A stretch of 64,000 nt of DNA, from assembly GCA_021815445.1 (NCBI GenBank), contig JAKAGM010000002.1, positions 225,345-289,344 on the forward strand, written 5' to 3'. Shown here piece by piece: positions 17,265-27,718 of the stretch. The translations under genes were made by a program, and so were the position numbers. The notes beneath the pieces are model-generated. The model saw only the letters and a list, made by a program, of their open reading frames with translations. It searched no databases and was not told the DNA's origin. Within the stretch, counting starts at the first letter, position 1. Each line of letters starts with the position of its first letter. The DNA is from a bacterium (GTDB taxonomy: Bacteria > Patescibacteriota > Patescibacteriia > UBA10025).

Positions 17265-18737
17265 ATGTCCAATGATTCGGTAGTTCTCCGATTTTCCGAT
17301 GTCACCTTCGGCTATGAAGAAGGCAAAAAACTTCTCGATGAGGCAAACTTCTCAGTCCGCGCCGGGAGCCGCATCACCCTCATGGGCCAAAACGGAGCGG
17401 GGAAAAGCTCGATTTTCAAGCTTATTACGGGCGAGCTCAGCCCAAACGACGGACGCGTGTCTCGTACCCCTCCGAGCGCCAGTGTAGCCATCGGCCGCCA
17501 GGTCATGCCTGCGGCGGCGCTCGACCTTACCGTGCGGGACTATTTTGCCACCGCGTTTTCTGAAGTGCAGTACAAGCTCGACAAAATGATCCAGGCCGTG
17601 TTCGATATCGTCCACCTGTCACTGCCGCTGGACAGGGTCATCCGACAGTTATCCGGCGGCCAACAGGCGCGCCTTCTACTCGCGCACGCTCTCATTCAGA
17701 ACCCGGACATCCTCCTCTTAGACGAGCCGACGAATAATCTCGACCAGTACGGCATAGACCATCTGACCGAGTTTCTCGTTATGTACGAAAAAACGTGCCT
17801 GGTAATCTCCCACGACGCTGATTTCCTGAACGCCTTCTCTGACGGCGTGCTCTATCTGGACGTGCATACCCAGAAGGTTGAGCAGTATGCGGGGAATTAT
17901 ATTGATGTCGTCGAGGAAATTGCCCAGCGCGTCGAGCGTGAGAACTTGCAGAATGCCCGGATGCAGAGGCAGATCAGGGAAAAGCGGGCGCAGGCAGAGG
18001 TCTTTGCCCATAAAGGCGGCAAACTGCGCGGCGTTGCCAAACGCATGCGCGAGGCGGCGGAGACAGCGGAAGAAAACATTGTGCGTGTCCGTCAGGAAGA
18101 TAAGACGATACGAAGTTTTACCATTCCATGCCAGGAATTCAGCCCCCACTTCGGCGGGACAATCCTCCAGTTGCATGCGGCGACGGTCATCCGCGACGGA
18201 CAAGCCATAGAGAAAAAGCTCGACGTCACAATCCGGAAGGGCGCTCATGTGGTGATAGCCGGGCCCAACGGGATCGGCAAGAGTACGCTGGTGGCAAAAA
18301 TTGCCGCCGGATCGTCTGCACAGGCCACGGTGGCTCCGGAAGCCATCATCGGGTACTACCAGCAGGATTTTGGGAATCTGGAGGGCGATCAAATTGCCTT
18401 CGACGCACTGAGGGAGATAATGGCGGGCGAGGACGAGCACCTGCTCAGATCGACCGCAGCCGGGTTCTTGCTTGATGGCCGGCTGCTGGCTCGGCCGATT
18501 CGCGCATTGTCCGAGGGGCAAAAGGGCCTTCTGCTATTCTGCCGGTTCGTTTTGCAAAAACCCGGTTTGCTCATACTTGATGAGCCGACCAACCACATTA
18601 ACTTCCGCCATTTGCCGATTCTCGCCAAGGCACTGGATGAGTACAGGGGCGCATTGATCATGGTGTCCCACATCCCCGACTTTGTCAGCCAGGTCCGGGT
18701 CGATACGGTGGTAGATCTGGGCCGGGTGCCTAAGTAG
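17265..18737 (+). CDS. ABC-F family ATPase (two tandem ABC domains, no TM domain)
   Basis: Two Walker A (GQNGAGKSS, GPNGIGKST), two signatures (LSGGQQARL, LSEGQKGLL), two Walker B (LLLDEPTN, LILDEPTN). Confidence 0.8.
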   Translation: MSNDSVVLRFSDVTFGYEEGKKLLDEANFSVRAGSRITLMGQNGAGKSSIFKLITGELSPNDGRVSRTPPSASVAIGRQVMPAAALDLTVRDYFATAFSEVQYKLDKMIQAVFDIVHLSLPLDRVIRQLSGGQQARLLLAHALIQNPDILLLDEPTNNLDQYGIDHLTEFLVMYEKTCLVISHDADFLNAFSDGVLYLDVHTQKVEQYAGNYIDVVEEIAQRVERENLQNARMQRQIREKRAQAEVFAHKGGKLRGVAKRMREAAETAEENIVRVRQEDKTIRSFTIPCQEFSPHFGGTILQLHAATVIRDGQAIEKKLDVTIRKGAHVVIAGPNGIGKSTLVAKIAAGSSAQATVAPEAIIGYYQQDFGNLEGDQIAFDALREIMAGEDEHLLRSTAAGFLLDGRLLARPIRALSEGQKGLLLFCRFVLQKPGLLILDEPTNHINFRHLPILAKALDEYRGALIMVSHIPDFVSQVRVDTVVDLGRVPK

Positions 18738-18885
18738 AAAAAATACGATTCTATCCTTATACCACCCGAGGCCAGGAGATGTTTTTCGCGTAGTTCATGT
18801 CGCATAAGACAATTCGTTAATTTGCGGGGCTAGTGTATTGACGATGTAGCATGCATCACTTATACTTCCTATGCTATAAAAGGAT

Positions 18886-19374
18886 ATGATCACCGCAAAT
18901 ACATTCGATGAACAAATAAGAATAGCGGCGGTCCGAAGATTGAAGCTCCTCGATACCGAGCCCGAGGAGCGGTTTGACCGCATCACCCGGCGCGCCGTAG
19001 AGAAACTGCACGTGCCTATCTCGACCATCACTATCATGGATGAGAAACGCGAGTGGTTTAAATCCTGCCAGGGTATGCCTCAACGGGAGGGCGATCGTAC
19101 AATAGCTTTTTGCGATTACGCACTGCATGCTCAGGATGTATTCATTATCGAGGATACGCTTTTGGATGAAAGATTTGCTACGAATCCGTACGTCGTGGGT
19201 TCGCCCCATATACGATTCTATGCCGGAGTAGCACTATATGAGGCCCACAGCAGAATGCCGGTCGGCGTATTTTGCATTAAGGACACGAAACCGCGGCATC
19301 TTTCGATGCCGGAAATTGACATCTTCCTGGAACTGGCGAAAGAGGCGTCGCACGAAATCAACAAGGGCGCCTAA
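18886..19374 (+). CDS. GAF domain-containing protein
   Basis: Single ~150 aa GAF-like fold sequence pattern (RFDRITRRA..ISTITIMDE..FCIKD). Confidence 0.5.
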   Translation: MITANTFDEQIRIAAVRRLKLLDTEPEERFDRITRRAVEKLHVPISTITIMDEKREWFKSCQGMPQREGDRTIAFCDYALHAQDVFIIEDTLLDERFATNPYVVGSPHIRFYAGVALYEAHSRMPVGVFCIKDTKPRHLSMPEIDIFLELAKEASHEINKGA

Positions 19375-19509
19375 AGAATATCAAATAAGACCGGCCGAAA
19401 CCGCCCGGCCTGTTTTGGTTTACACCGAACCACAATACGCGCTACACTATCTTAGTAAACTTGGTGAAGATACGATGCGATTTCTTTATTTCATTGAATA
19501 GCGTTTCCA

Positions 19510-22008
19510 ATGCTTGCAGAGTCCAGTGAACATCAAAATATCCGGGGGCTTTCCTCCGCGGAGGCGCAAAGCCGCCTGAGGCAATACGGCGAAAATACAG
19601 TCGTTACGAAGAAAAAGCTGCGACCGCTTACCGCATTTGTCAAGAAGTTCAACAGTCCTTTGCTGTTAATTTTGATGGCAGTTTCCCTGATTTCATTTGT
19701 CATGGGGAACCGCACAAACGCGATTATCCTTATATTCATGGTATTGCTCTCTGTGACGCTGGACTTTGTCAATACGTACAGATCGCAGAAAGCCGTCGAC
19801 GAACTTGCTTCGCGGGTAGTGACGACCACAACGGTAATTCGCAACGGAAAAAAGCAAGAAATCGACCTCAAGGAGGTCGTACCCGGAGACATACTTTCTT
19901 TATCCGCAGGGGATGTGTTGCCGGCTGATTGCCGTGTCATAGAGTGCCGGGACCTTTTTATCAATCAATCAGCCCTGACCGGCGAGTCTGTCCCGGTAGA
20001 AAAATCGCCGGATATCAAATCCGCCAACAATAAAAAACTTTCCCTCGACCAGACCGACGCAGTGTTCATGGGGACGAGCGTCGTGACCGGATATGCGACT
20101 GTGGAAGTAATGTCGACAGGAAGGCAAACAGAGTTCGGCAGGATTGCCGAGCGGCTTTCGCAGGAAGAACAGGACACGGATTTCGAACGCAACATCAAAA
20201 AATTCAGCACCTTTGTCATGCGCCTCACCATTATCATGGTGAGCTTTGTATTCATCATTAACCTCCTTTCGCACAGAGGATGGCTTGATTCATTCACTTT
20301 TGCCATCGCTATCGCTATAGGGCTCACTCCGGAACTCTTGCCTGTCATCATGTCAGTCTCACTCAGCCGGGGAGCTATCCGCATGGCAAAAAAGGGAGTC
20401 ATCGTTAAACACCTGCCGGCGATACAGAACTTCGGCCGCATGAACGTCTTGTGCACCGACAAGACGGGAACGCTCACTGAGAACCGGATCACCGTGATGA
20501 AGTATGTCGATGCATTCGGTAAAGTATCCGATGATGTTCTCCATATCGCCTATGTTAGCAGCTTTTTCCATACGGGCGTTTCTAACCCGCTTGATAAGGC
20601 CATCCGGGATTATAAATCGTGGGAGATGCAAGGCGTGACCAAAATTGACGAAATTCCGTTTGACTTTGAGCGGAGAAGGGAGTCAATTGTTTCAGGGGCA
20701 AACGGTTCGCAGCAATTAACCACAAAAGGCGCTCCCGAAGCCATCTTTCCTATCTGTACGACCTACAATGCGCAGGGAAAAACTTTGAACGTTGATTCGA
20801 AGTTCCTTGAAATCGCTAACAAGCAGTTTCAGGCGCTGAGCAGCGACGGATTTAAAGTATTGGCCATCGCAAAAAAAGATGTCACCGGCAAGAAACATCC
20901 TTTTGAAAAAAGCGAGGAACAAGGGATGGTTTTCCTCGGCTTCGTTGCCTTGCTTGATCCGCCAAAGGCAACGGCCTCCGAAGCCATCCGTGAACTCGAA
21001 GGTTTGGGAATTGAATTCAAAATCCTCACAGGGGACAATGAACTTTTGACCCAGAAGATTTGCCGCGATCTGCGTGTCCCCGTAAAAGGTATTGTCTTGG
21101 GGTCGCATCTCAGCACGCTCTCAGATGCGGAGTTGCAGAAGCTTGTGCTCTCAACGACAATATTCGCACGCATAGATCCTGAGCAGAAGGAAAAGATTAT
21201 TGCGCTGATCCAAAAAGGCGGCCAGGTCGTGGGTTACCTCGGAGACGGCATCAACGACGCTCCGGCGTTAAAAGCGGCTGACGTCGGAATTTCAGTGAGT
21301 AATGCCGTCGACGTGGCCAAAGAAACAGCCGATATTATTCTATTGCGAAAAAGCCTCCGCGTACTCAAGGACGGGGTCGCCGAAGGAAGGAAAACTTTCC
21401 GTAACACGCTCAAATACATTCTCATGGGTATGAGCTCAAATTTCGGCAATATGTTCTCCATGGTGGCCGCTTCGGCTTTCCTGCCCTTTTTGCCCATGCT
21501 CCCTACCCAAGTTCTCCTTAACAATTTCCTGTATGATATTTCACAGTTATCCCTCTCCGCCGATACTGTGGATCCTGAGGATGTTGTCCGGCCGTCAGTA
21601 TGGAACCTCAAATTTATCAGGCGGTATATGATTATCTTTGGCTCAATCAGCTCGCTGTTTGATTTTATCACCTTCGGCGTCCTCTACCTTGCCTTCAGCC
21701 ACTCGCAACACCAATTCCAGACCGGCTGGTTCATTGAATCAATAGCCACGCAGGTATTCGTTATCTACGTCATCAGGACAAGGAAAATTCCATTTTTACA
21801 GAGCAAACCCAGCGCCATCCTTATGTTTAATACCCTCATAGCCGTCATTATCGCATGGGCGCTGCCGCTGATGCCGTTCGCGAAAATATTCAATTTACAG
21901 CCCCTGCCCGTCATATTCCTCGCGGCCATACTCGGTATCGTGCTCGTGTATCTGGTGCTCGCTGAGTTCGTGAAACGCATTTTTTACAGGAAATACGTCG
22001 AGGCGTAA
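19510..22008 (+). CDS. mgtA: Magnesium-translocating P-type ATPase
   Basis: CTDKTGTLT phosphorylation site, TGES, GDGINDAPAL, 10 TM arrangement and MgtA-like length (832 aa). Confidence 0.8.
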   Translation: MLAESSEHQNIRGLSSAEAQSRLRQYGENTVVTKKKLRPLTAFVKKFNSPLLLILMAVSLISFVMGNRTNAIILIFMVLLSVTLDFVNTYRSQKAVDELASRVVTTTTVIRNGKKQEIDLKEVVPGDILSLSAGDVLPADCRVIECRDLFINQSALTGESVPVEKSPDIKSANNKKLSLDQTDAVFMGTSVVTGYATVEVMSTGRQTEFGRIAERLSQEEQDTDFERNIKKFSTFVMRLTIIMVSFVFIINLLSHRGWLDSFTFAIAIAIGLTPELLPVIMSVSLSRGAIRMAKKGVIVKHLPAIQNFGRMNVLCTDKTGTLTENRITVMKYVDAFGKVSDDVLHIAYVSSFFHTGVSNPLDKAIRDYKSWEMQGVTKIDEIPFDFERRRESIVSGANGSQQLTTKGAPEAIFPICTTYNAQGKTLNVDSKFLEIANKQFQALSSDGFKVLAIAKKDVTGKKHPFEKSEEQGMVFLGFVALLDPPKATASEAIRELEGLGIEFKILTGDNELLTQKICRDLRVPVKGIVLGSHLSTLSDAELQKLVLSTTIFARIDPEQKEKIIALIQKGGQVVGYLGDGINDAPALKAADVGISVSNAVDVAKETADIILLRKSLRVLKDGVAEGRKTFRNTLKYILMGMSSNFGNMFSMVAASAFLPFLPMLPTQVLLNNFLYDISQLSLSADTVDPEDVVRPSVWNLKFIRRYMIIFGSISSLFDFITFGVLYLAFSHSQHQFQTGWFIESIATQVFVIYVIRTRKIPFLQSKPSAILMFNTLIAVIIAWALPLMPFAKIFNLQPLPVIFLAAILGIVLVYLVLAEFVKRIFYRKYVEA

Positions 22009-22060
22009 AAACCCCGATAGGTAAAAGGTTCCTGATTATAGCAGGCGGCAAATATAATGA

Positions 22061-23821
22061 TCAGGCCTGCAGCAGCTTCTCGTCGTGGCGGCGCCAATTT
22101 TGCATTGTCGGCAGATCGAGCCGCCCGCCTTTAATGAGCGAGCTCAGATGTTTGCCTCCCACAAAATGCGGAAGGACGACGTAGTCCGCTCCCGCGCGGT
22201 AACATTCCACAGCTTCCCAGCGCGTGTATGCTGTCACGATAATTTGGGGAGCTTTGCCCCAGGTTTTTTTCAACTCATGGATTTTCTTAAGGAGAAGCAG
22301 GCTGTCATCAAGGTCCGGGATCGTGGAGACGATGAGGTAGGCGGTGTCGAGGTGGACATGCTGCTGGATGTCGGTGTCGGTAATGTCGCCGAATACTACT
22401 TTGTATTTTTGCTCTTGCAGGCGCTTGACAATCTCGGGGTCAAAGTCGACGACGACAAGCTTCTGCTTGTCTATCGTCTGGAGCAGGTGGCTCCCGAGGC
22501 GGTGGGCTCCCACGAGGATGATAGGGCCTTTCATGACTGCCGGAAGGGCGAATTCCTCCGTTATATTTTTCTTTTCAAACATGGTGAGATATTTTCCGAT
22601 CTTTTCATAGAGCGCATGCGTGTGCTGGATGGCGTATGTCGAGATGATGAAAGTGACGATGCTCACCGCGGTTATCAAAGAAACATCGTTATTTGTGACG
22701 TGTCTCAGGCTCAAACCCATCGCCATGAGGATAAGGCTGAATTCTGAGACCTGCGTCGACGTGATGCTCGTGGAGAGGTTCGTTTTTCGGCTGAATCCCA
22801 GCAGCCCCATGATGGCAAGCATGACCAGGGGCTTGATAATCAGGACAAAAAGCGAAAAAACGATTGCGGGCAGTATAATAGACTTCATGTCCCCGAAGAC
22901 CAGTGAGGAACCGAGGACGACAAAAAATATCACGATAAAAAAGTCCCGTAACGGGCGAAGCTGGGCTTCAATCTCGAATTGTTCCAGCGATTTGGCCAGC
23001 GCTATGCCCGCGAGGAATCCGCCTATCTCCACCGAGAGGCCCACGTATTTGCTCGAAACCACGAGGCTCAGCCCAAGCGCCCATGCTATGCTGGTGACAA
23101 AGAGGAGCTCGCGCGACCTCGCGAGTCTCTCAAAAATCCACGGGAAAACTTTCTGTGACAGCCAAATGATAATCCCGAAAAGCACGACGCTTTTTGCAAA
23201 CGTGATAAGAAAGGCAAAAAGATTGAGGGACGAAGGATCCTGCTGGAACCCGGCAAGGAAAATGAGCAGGAAAATTGCCACGACGTCCTGGACTATCAGA
23301 TATCCGACAACTATCCTGCCGTAGAGGGTTTGCAGGTCGCGCTTTTCCGACAGCAGTTTGACGACTATGATTGTGCTCGAGAACGTGAGCGCAAAGGCGA
23401 TGTACAGGGCGGCAAGGTTCGAGAACCCGAGCGCTTTAACCGCGAGGAAGCCAATTCCGGCTGTAAGCGCTATCTGCCCGAGCCCCAGGCCCACAGCGGC
23501 CCTGCTGATGGTGCGGAGTGTATTGAAGCGCATTTGCAGGCCGACAAGGAAGAGCAACAACGTGATCCCGATAGTCGCCATAACATGAAGCACGTCCCTG
23601 ACCCCCGTCGTCAGCACCCCAACGCTGCCGACAACGATTCCGGTGACAAGGTAGGCGACGATAGTCGGCTGGCGCAAAAAGCGCGCAACGATGCCAAGTA
23701 CGGCCGCTATGACGATGACGATGGTAATGTTGGCGAATGCTTGAGTCATGCCTACAGTATAACAAAAAAACCCGATCAGGACGATCAGGCGGGTGAACGA
23801 ACAATTCTGATAAGTTCCCAT
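22061..23821 (-). CDS. Monovalent cation:proton antiporter (CPA2/Kef-type) with C-terminal TrkA-N/RCK domain
   Basis: ~12 TM Na_H exchanger-like N-terminal region, C-terminal Rossmann IILVGAHRLGS..VVDFD. Confidence 0.7.
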   Translation of the reverse strand: MGTYQNCSFTRLIVLIGFFCYTVGMTQAFANITIVIVIAAVLGIVARFLRQPTIVAYLVTGIVVGSVGVLTTGVRDVLHVMATIGITLLLFLVGLQMRFNTLRTISRAAVGLGLGQIALTAGIGFLAVKALGFSNLAALYIAFALTFSSTIIVVKLLSEKRDLQTLYGRIVVGYLIVQDVVAIFLLIFLAGFQQDPSSLNLFAFLITFAKSVVLFGIIIWLSQKVFPWIFERLARSRELLFVTSIAWALGLSLVVSSKYVGLSVEIGGFLAGIALAKSLEQFEIEAQLRPLRDFFIVIFFVVLGSSLVFGDMKSIILPAIVFSLFVLIIKPLVMLAIMGLLGFSRKTNLSTSITSTQVSEFSLILMAMGLSLRHVTNNDVSLITAVSIVTFIISTYAIQHTHALYEKIGKYLTMFEKKNITEEFALPAVMKGPIILVGAHRLGSHLLQTIDKQKLVVVDFDPEIVKRLQEQKYKVVFGDITDTDIQQHVHLDTAYLIVSTIPDLDDSLLLLKKIHELKKTWGKAPQIIVTAYTRWEAVECYRAGADYVVLPHFVGGKHLSSLIKGGRLDLPTMQNWRRHDEKLLQA

Positions 23822-24537
23822 GGCGACTCGATGATGCGACGTTTTGGGACGCCCGCCGCAATGAAATCATCAACCGTGCAAGGCCCCGTCGCGACACCGA
23901 TGAAAGGAATACCGAGCTTCTGCGCAGCTTCATAATCAATCAGCGTATCACCGGCAAGGGCCGTGTCAGTTCGTCTGACGCCTGCCTGCGCAAATTTCTT
24001 CAATGCCGGCTCGAATGCGCCCGGGTGGGGCTTGCGAAACGGAGTGTCACGGGACGTAGTGACGACGGTGAACATCCTCGGCTTGATTCCGACCTCTTTC
24101 CATCGTCTCAGCGTAGATTCCCTGTCGCGATTGGTAACTACGCCAAGGTGCATCCCGCAATCCCGAAGATCTTTCAGCGTATCAAGAAGCCCCGGAAAAG
24201 TCGGAACCTTAAGATTCCCGTTGTGCTTCGCCAGATATGCTTTCCGGAATCGCAGATGGTCATTCGGCCAAAGGTATGGGAGCATCTCTGACTCCCACTG
24301 CATTCCGAATGCGCGCCTGAGCTGTCCGGGTGTCGGGACGCGAAGCCGGAGTTGCCGTGCCATCGCGATGTGCGTGGCAACCGCGCCGGGATAGGAGTCA
24401 AGGAGTACTCCGTCATTATCTACGAACAACCCGCGGATATATAGAACTTTGCCTGACATTTCATACCTCCACGTGGGAAATAAAAAGAGCTGTTGTTTGA
24501 GAGAACAACAGTAACAAAAAAGCGCCCCCGATGTCAA
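23785..24537 (-). CDS. HAD family hydrolase
   Basis: Motif I LFVDNDGVLLDS; start overlaps 3' end of antiporter ORF by ~37 nt, true start may be downstream. Confidence 0.55.
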   Translation of the reverse strand: MTSGALFCYCCSLKQQLFLFPTWRYEMSGKVLYIRGLFVDNDGVLLDSYPGAVATHIAMARQLRLRVPTPGQLRRAFGMQWESEMLPYLWPNDHLRFRKAYLAKHNGNLKVPTFPGLLDTLKDLRDCGMHLGVVTNRDRESTLRRWKEVGIKPRMFTVVTTSRDTPFRKPHPGAFEPALKKFAQAGVRRTDTALAGDTLIDYEAAQKLGIPFIGVATGPCTVDDFIAAGVPKRRIIESPWELIRIVRSPA

Positions 24538-24558
24538 ATAGCCCGTGTTTGCAGAGCC

Positions 24559-25368
24559 CTAAAGAAGAGAGATCTTCTCCCGTATTCGGGTGGCTACTCC
24601 GTCTTTCTGAAGCCCGTTTGCCGCTTTTATGACATCTTCCGCTGTCCTATTGAGTTTGTTGGCTACGCTAGAAATAGTTATGTATTTGTGTTGAATCAGT
24701 TGCCTCACGATCTCTCCGCGGATTTGCCGCAGGGATCCTTCAAACTTTGACTGCTTGGAAAGCGCCGGAATACGTTCAATTCTGTTCGGCAGGGCGAGTC
24801 TGCTGTAGTCCATGAGCGCATTGTGCCAGTCACGTGAACGCCGACGTGGCAATAGTTGCCATGCCACTTGTTCTATACGTCTTAAAGATGTTGATGCGGG
24901 CAAATTGAGTTCATGGAGGATAACCCGCCGGATGTTCGTATCCACAGTGATGAGCGGCTTATTAAAAGCAAAAATAAGTAATGCGTTCGCTGTGTATGGT
25001 CCGATGCCCGGAAGCTGTTGTAAAAGCCGGGGGTCATCGGGGAATTTGCCGCCGTACGCGTGAACGACAGACTTGGCTAGTTTGCCGAGGTTAATAGCGC
25101 GGCGATTGTATCCCAAGCCGGACCACATCCCCAGAAGCTGTTTATTCGTCGCATGTGAAAGACTCCTCCAATTTGGCCATTTCTTTATCCATGCGAGGTA
25201 GACGGGGACGACGCGGTCAACCTGTGTCTGCTGGAGCATAATTTCAGCGACAGCGATTTTATAGGGGTCGGTGGTATCGCGAAAGGGAAGCTTGCGGCCG
25301 TGCAAACGGTAGAAACGGAGAATTCTTCCCCGGAGCATAAGAACCTTTTTTTTCGGGATTTTTTTCAT
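24559..25368 (-). CDS. MutY-like HhH-GPD DNA glycosylase lacking Fe-S cluster motif and NUDIX-like C-terminal domain
   Basis: DPYKIAVAEIMLQQTQVDRVVPVY and LPGIGPYTANALL (HhH-GPD) closely parallel E. coli MutY N-terminal domain; no Cys-x6-C-x2-C-x5-C cluster. Confidence 0.65.
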   Translation of the reverse strand: MKKIPKKKVLMLRGRILRFYRLHGRKLPFRDTTDPYKIAVAEIMLQQTQVDRVVPVYLAWIKKWPNWRSLSHATNKQLLGMWSGLGYNRRAINLGKLAKSVVHAYGGKFPDDPRLLQQLPGIGPYTANALLIFAFNKPLITVDTNIRRVILHELNLPASTSLRRIEQVAWQLLPRRRSRDWHNALMDYSRLALPNRIERIPALSKQSKFEGSLRQIRGEIVRQLIQHKYITISSVANKLNRTAEDVIKAANGLQKDGVATRIREKISLL

Positions 25369-25488
25369 GACGTCAGTATATCAGATTGTTGTTGATTTAT
25401 CAGTGTTTTTTCTCTACAATGCACGAGGAGGGTGTTTACTATAACGCGGCGGAGTTCTGACACCGCTTAGCCATGATATCCCGGTGAC

Positions 25489-27714
25489 ATGATAAAGAAT
25501 AACATACTTAAAACAGCGCTGCTTTCTTTTTTGTTTTTGGCTCTTCTCGGGGTCTATTTTCTGCCGACACTGAGTGCGGGGAATTTTTTGATCCCCTCGG
25601 ACATTTACGCGCAGTATGACTCCGTGTTCCGCGTCAACGGATATACAGCGTACAACAATCTTTCGAGCGACCTGGCGCTCCAGTTCCTTCCATACCGAGC
25701 CGTCGCGCAACAGTCGATTGTACCCACGTTTTGGAACCCTTACTCGGTGGGCGGATTACCTTTTTTCGAGGATATCCAGGCCAGATCATTTGAGCTGACA
25801 AATCTTCTCGCCGATCTCGCGAGGATTCCTCTCCAGTATTTCTTCATGTTTTCAGCCGCGGCTCTCTTACTCTTTGCTGGTTTATCAATGTTTTTCTTTA
25901 TCAAAGAGCTGCAGCTCTTTGACAGCGATGCGCTTTTTGCCGGTATAGCGTACATGTTTTCGAGTCCCATCATCATTTGGATAAATTACAGCCTCGGCAC
26001 CGCGTTTCTTTGGCTTCCGTTTCTATGTTTGTGCATCGAAAAGATTTTCCACGGCAAAAAAATATTCCTGCCCCTATTGTCAATTGCCGTATGTTTTCTG
26101 CTTTTTGCCGGGCATCCGCAGGCGGCTATCATCAATCTTGCGTTCGTTGCCATGTATTCAGTATATGCTTTCCTGAGAAACCAAAAACCAAAGAAAGTTC
26201 TTATACTGTTTATTGTCCTTTTTCTACTTCTCGGGATCGGATTGTCGGCGGTTCAAACCCTGCCCGCGTACAGCTTCATCAAACAAAGCGACGTATACAC
26301 CCTCGGCAGGAGCGCGAACCACGGTGAGCTTCTCGCCACAGCCAAAGACCAAGCCGCGCATTTTTTTACCAATGCAAAGCTTTTTGGGCAACGGCTGTTG
26401 CTGAGAGCAGTGTTCCTTGTCGCGCCGAACCACTTTGGAAGCCCGGTTGCCCGGAATTACCATTATCCCGAGAAACCGCTTTCGAATAATTTTTTTGAGA
26501 CAACCTCATATGCCGGTATTGCCACCGTCCTCTTGGCGCTCGCTGCATTATTTTTTATTAGAAAAAGAAGCCTGACATTTTGGGTGGTATCAGCCGCCGT
26601 CGCTTTTGCATTTTTTGCCAATCTGCCGTTTTTCAATTTATTTTCTTTACTGCCGATTATCAACAAAGTCAATCTAGGAAGACTGACGTTCATCTTCATA
26701 TTCGCTGCCATTGTGCTTGCTGCTTACGGCTTCCATGAGCTTCAGAAGATTGCGCGAAAAAAAATCTCCAGCAATAAAATATTTTACGTCCTCGTCATTC
26801 TTGTTATCGCCTCCGTGTTCGTTGATCAAACCGTCAACTTTACCTCTCTCGTGGACAGGCACGACTACCCATTGAAAAAGTTCGCGGATAACGACATCGT
26901 CGCTTTTCTGCAGGGTGATCCGACGGCCCGGTTTATTGCCCTCGGCAAAGGCGGCGGCAGTATTAAAACGCCGCTTATCCCCAACCAATCGATGATGTAC
27001 AGGATTGACGACCTGCGAGGGTACTTTGTCATGATCCCCGGGGACTTTTTTCAGCTCGCAAACAGATATTTAAACAGGCAGAATAACTATTACTTTGCGA
27101 GCGACATTATCAACCGCAATTTCCTCAACATCTACGGTGTGAAATATATCATCTGTGAAAAAGACATGTGCGGGAAATATACCGGCGATTTCCCGGTGGT
27201 CAAAGAAAGCGCGAACGTCCAAATTCTGCTTAACGCGCAGGCGCTTCCTCGTGCGTATATTTCATATGCGTATCGCGGGTATACCGGCATGGACCAGGTG
27301 TTCTCAGCGTTCGATGACAAAGGATTCGATGTCTCCAAGGTGTCGCTTGTCAAAAATGCTCAAAACAAGGACTCTCAGACGCCGAAGAGCGCCGCCAGTG
27401 TTCGAAACGGCAAGGACAGTATTTCAATCTCGGCGACGGCAGTGGAAGACGGCGTACTCGTCGTATCGAGTAATTATTATCCCGGCTGGAAAGCCACGGT
27501 CAACGGTACCCCTACTGATGTTCTCACTATTGACGGGGCTTTAATGGGCGTCCGTGTGGCAAAAGGCGCAAACGATGTCGTGTTTACATACCGGCCGCGA
27601 TTGTTCACCCTGTCTCTCATAATAAGCCTCGTGTCATTTTTTCTCATGCTTGCCTTTTCCTATTTTATTCTTCGACGGCCGAAAAAGATGGAAGCCGGCA
27701 ATGTGACTTTATAA
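25489..27714 (+). CDS. Large polytopic membrane protein, YfhO-like
   Basis: ~14 hydrophobic helices plus C-terminal extracytoplasmic domain and final TM; architecture like YfhO family. Confidence 0.45.
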   Translation: MIKNNILKTALLSFLFLALLGVYFLPTLSAGNFLIPSDIYAQYDSVFRVNGYTAYNNLSSDLALQFLPYRAVAQQSIVPTFWNPYSVGGLPFFEDIQARSFELTNLLADLARIPLQYFFMFSAAALLLFAGLSMFFFIKELQLFDSDALFAGIAYMFSSPIIIWINYSLGTAFLWLPFLCLCIEKIFHGKKIFLPLLSIAVCFLLFAGHPQAAIINLAFVAMYSVYAFLRNQKPKKVLILFIVLFLLLGIGLSAVQTLPAYSFIKQSDVYTLGRSANHGELLATAKDQAAHFFTNAKLFGQRLLLRAVFLVAPNHFGSPVARNYHYPEKPLSNNFFETTSYAGIATVLLALAALFFIRKRSLTFWVVSAAVAFAFFANLPFFNLFSLLPIINKVNLGRLTFIFIFAAIVLAAYGFHELQKIARKKISSNKIFYVLVILVIASVFVDQTVNFTSLVDRHDYPLKKFADNDIVAFLQGDPTARFIALGKGGGSIKTPLIPNQSMMYRIDDLRGYFVMIPGDFFQLANRYLNRQNNYYFASDIINRNFLNIYGVKYIICEKDMCGKYTGDFPVVKESANVQILLNAQALPRAYISYAYRGYTGMDQVFSAFDDKGFDVSKVSLVKNAQNKDSQTPKSAASVRNGKDSISISATAVEDGVLVVSSNYYPGWKATVNGTPTDVLTIDGALMGVRVAKGANDVVFTYRPRLFTLSLIISLVSFFLMLAFSYFILRRPKKMEAGNVTL

Positions 27715-27718
27715 TTCC

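Noticed and set aside
22085-23324. Plus-strand ORFs (220 aa, 234 aa, 88 aa) inside the KefB-like antiporter gene
   Set aside because: Antisense shadows of a long, well-supported membrane transporter gene; translations lack motifs.
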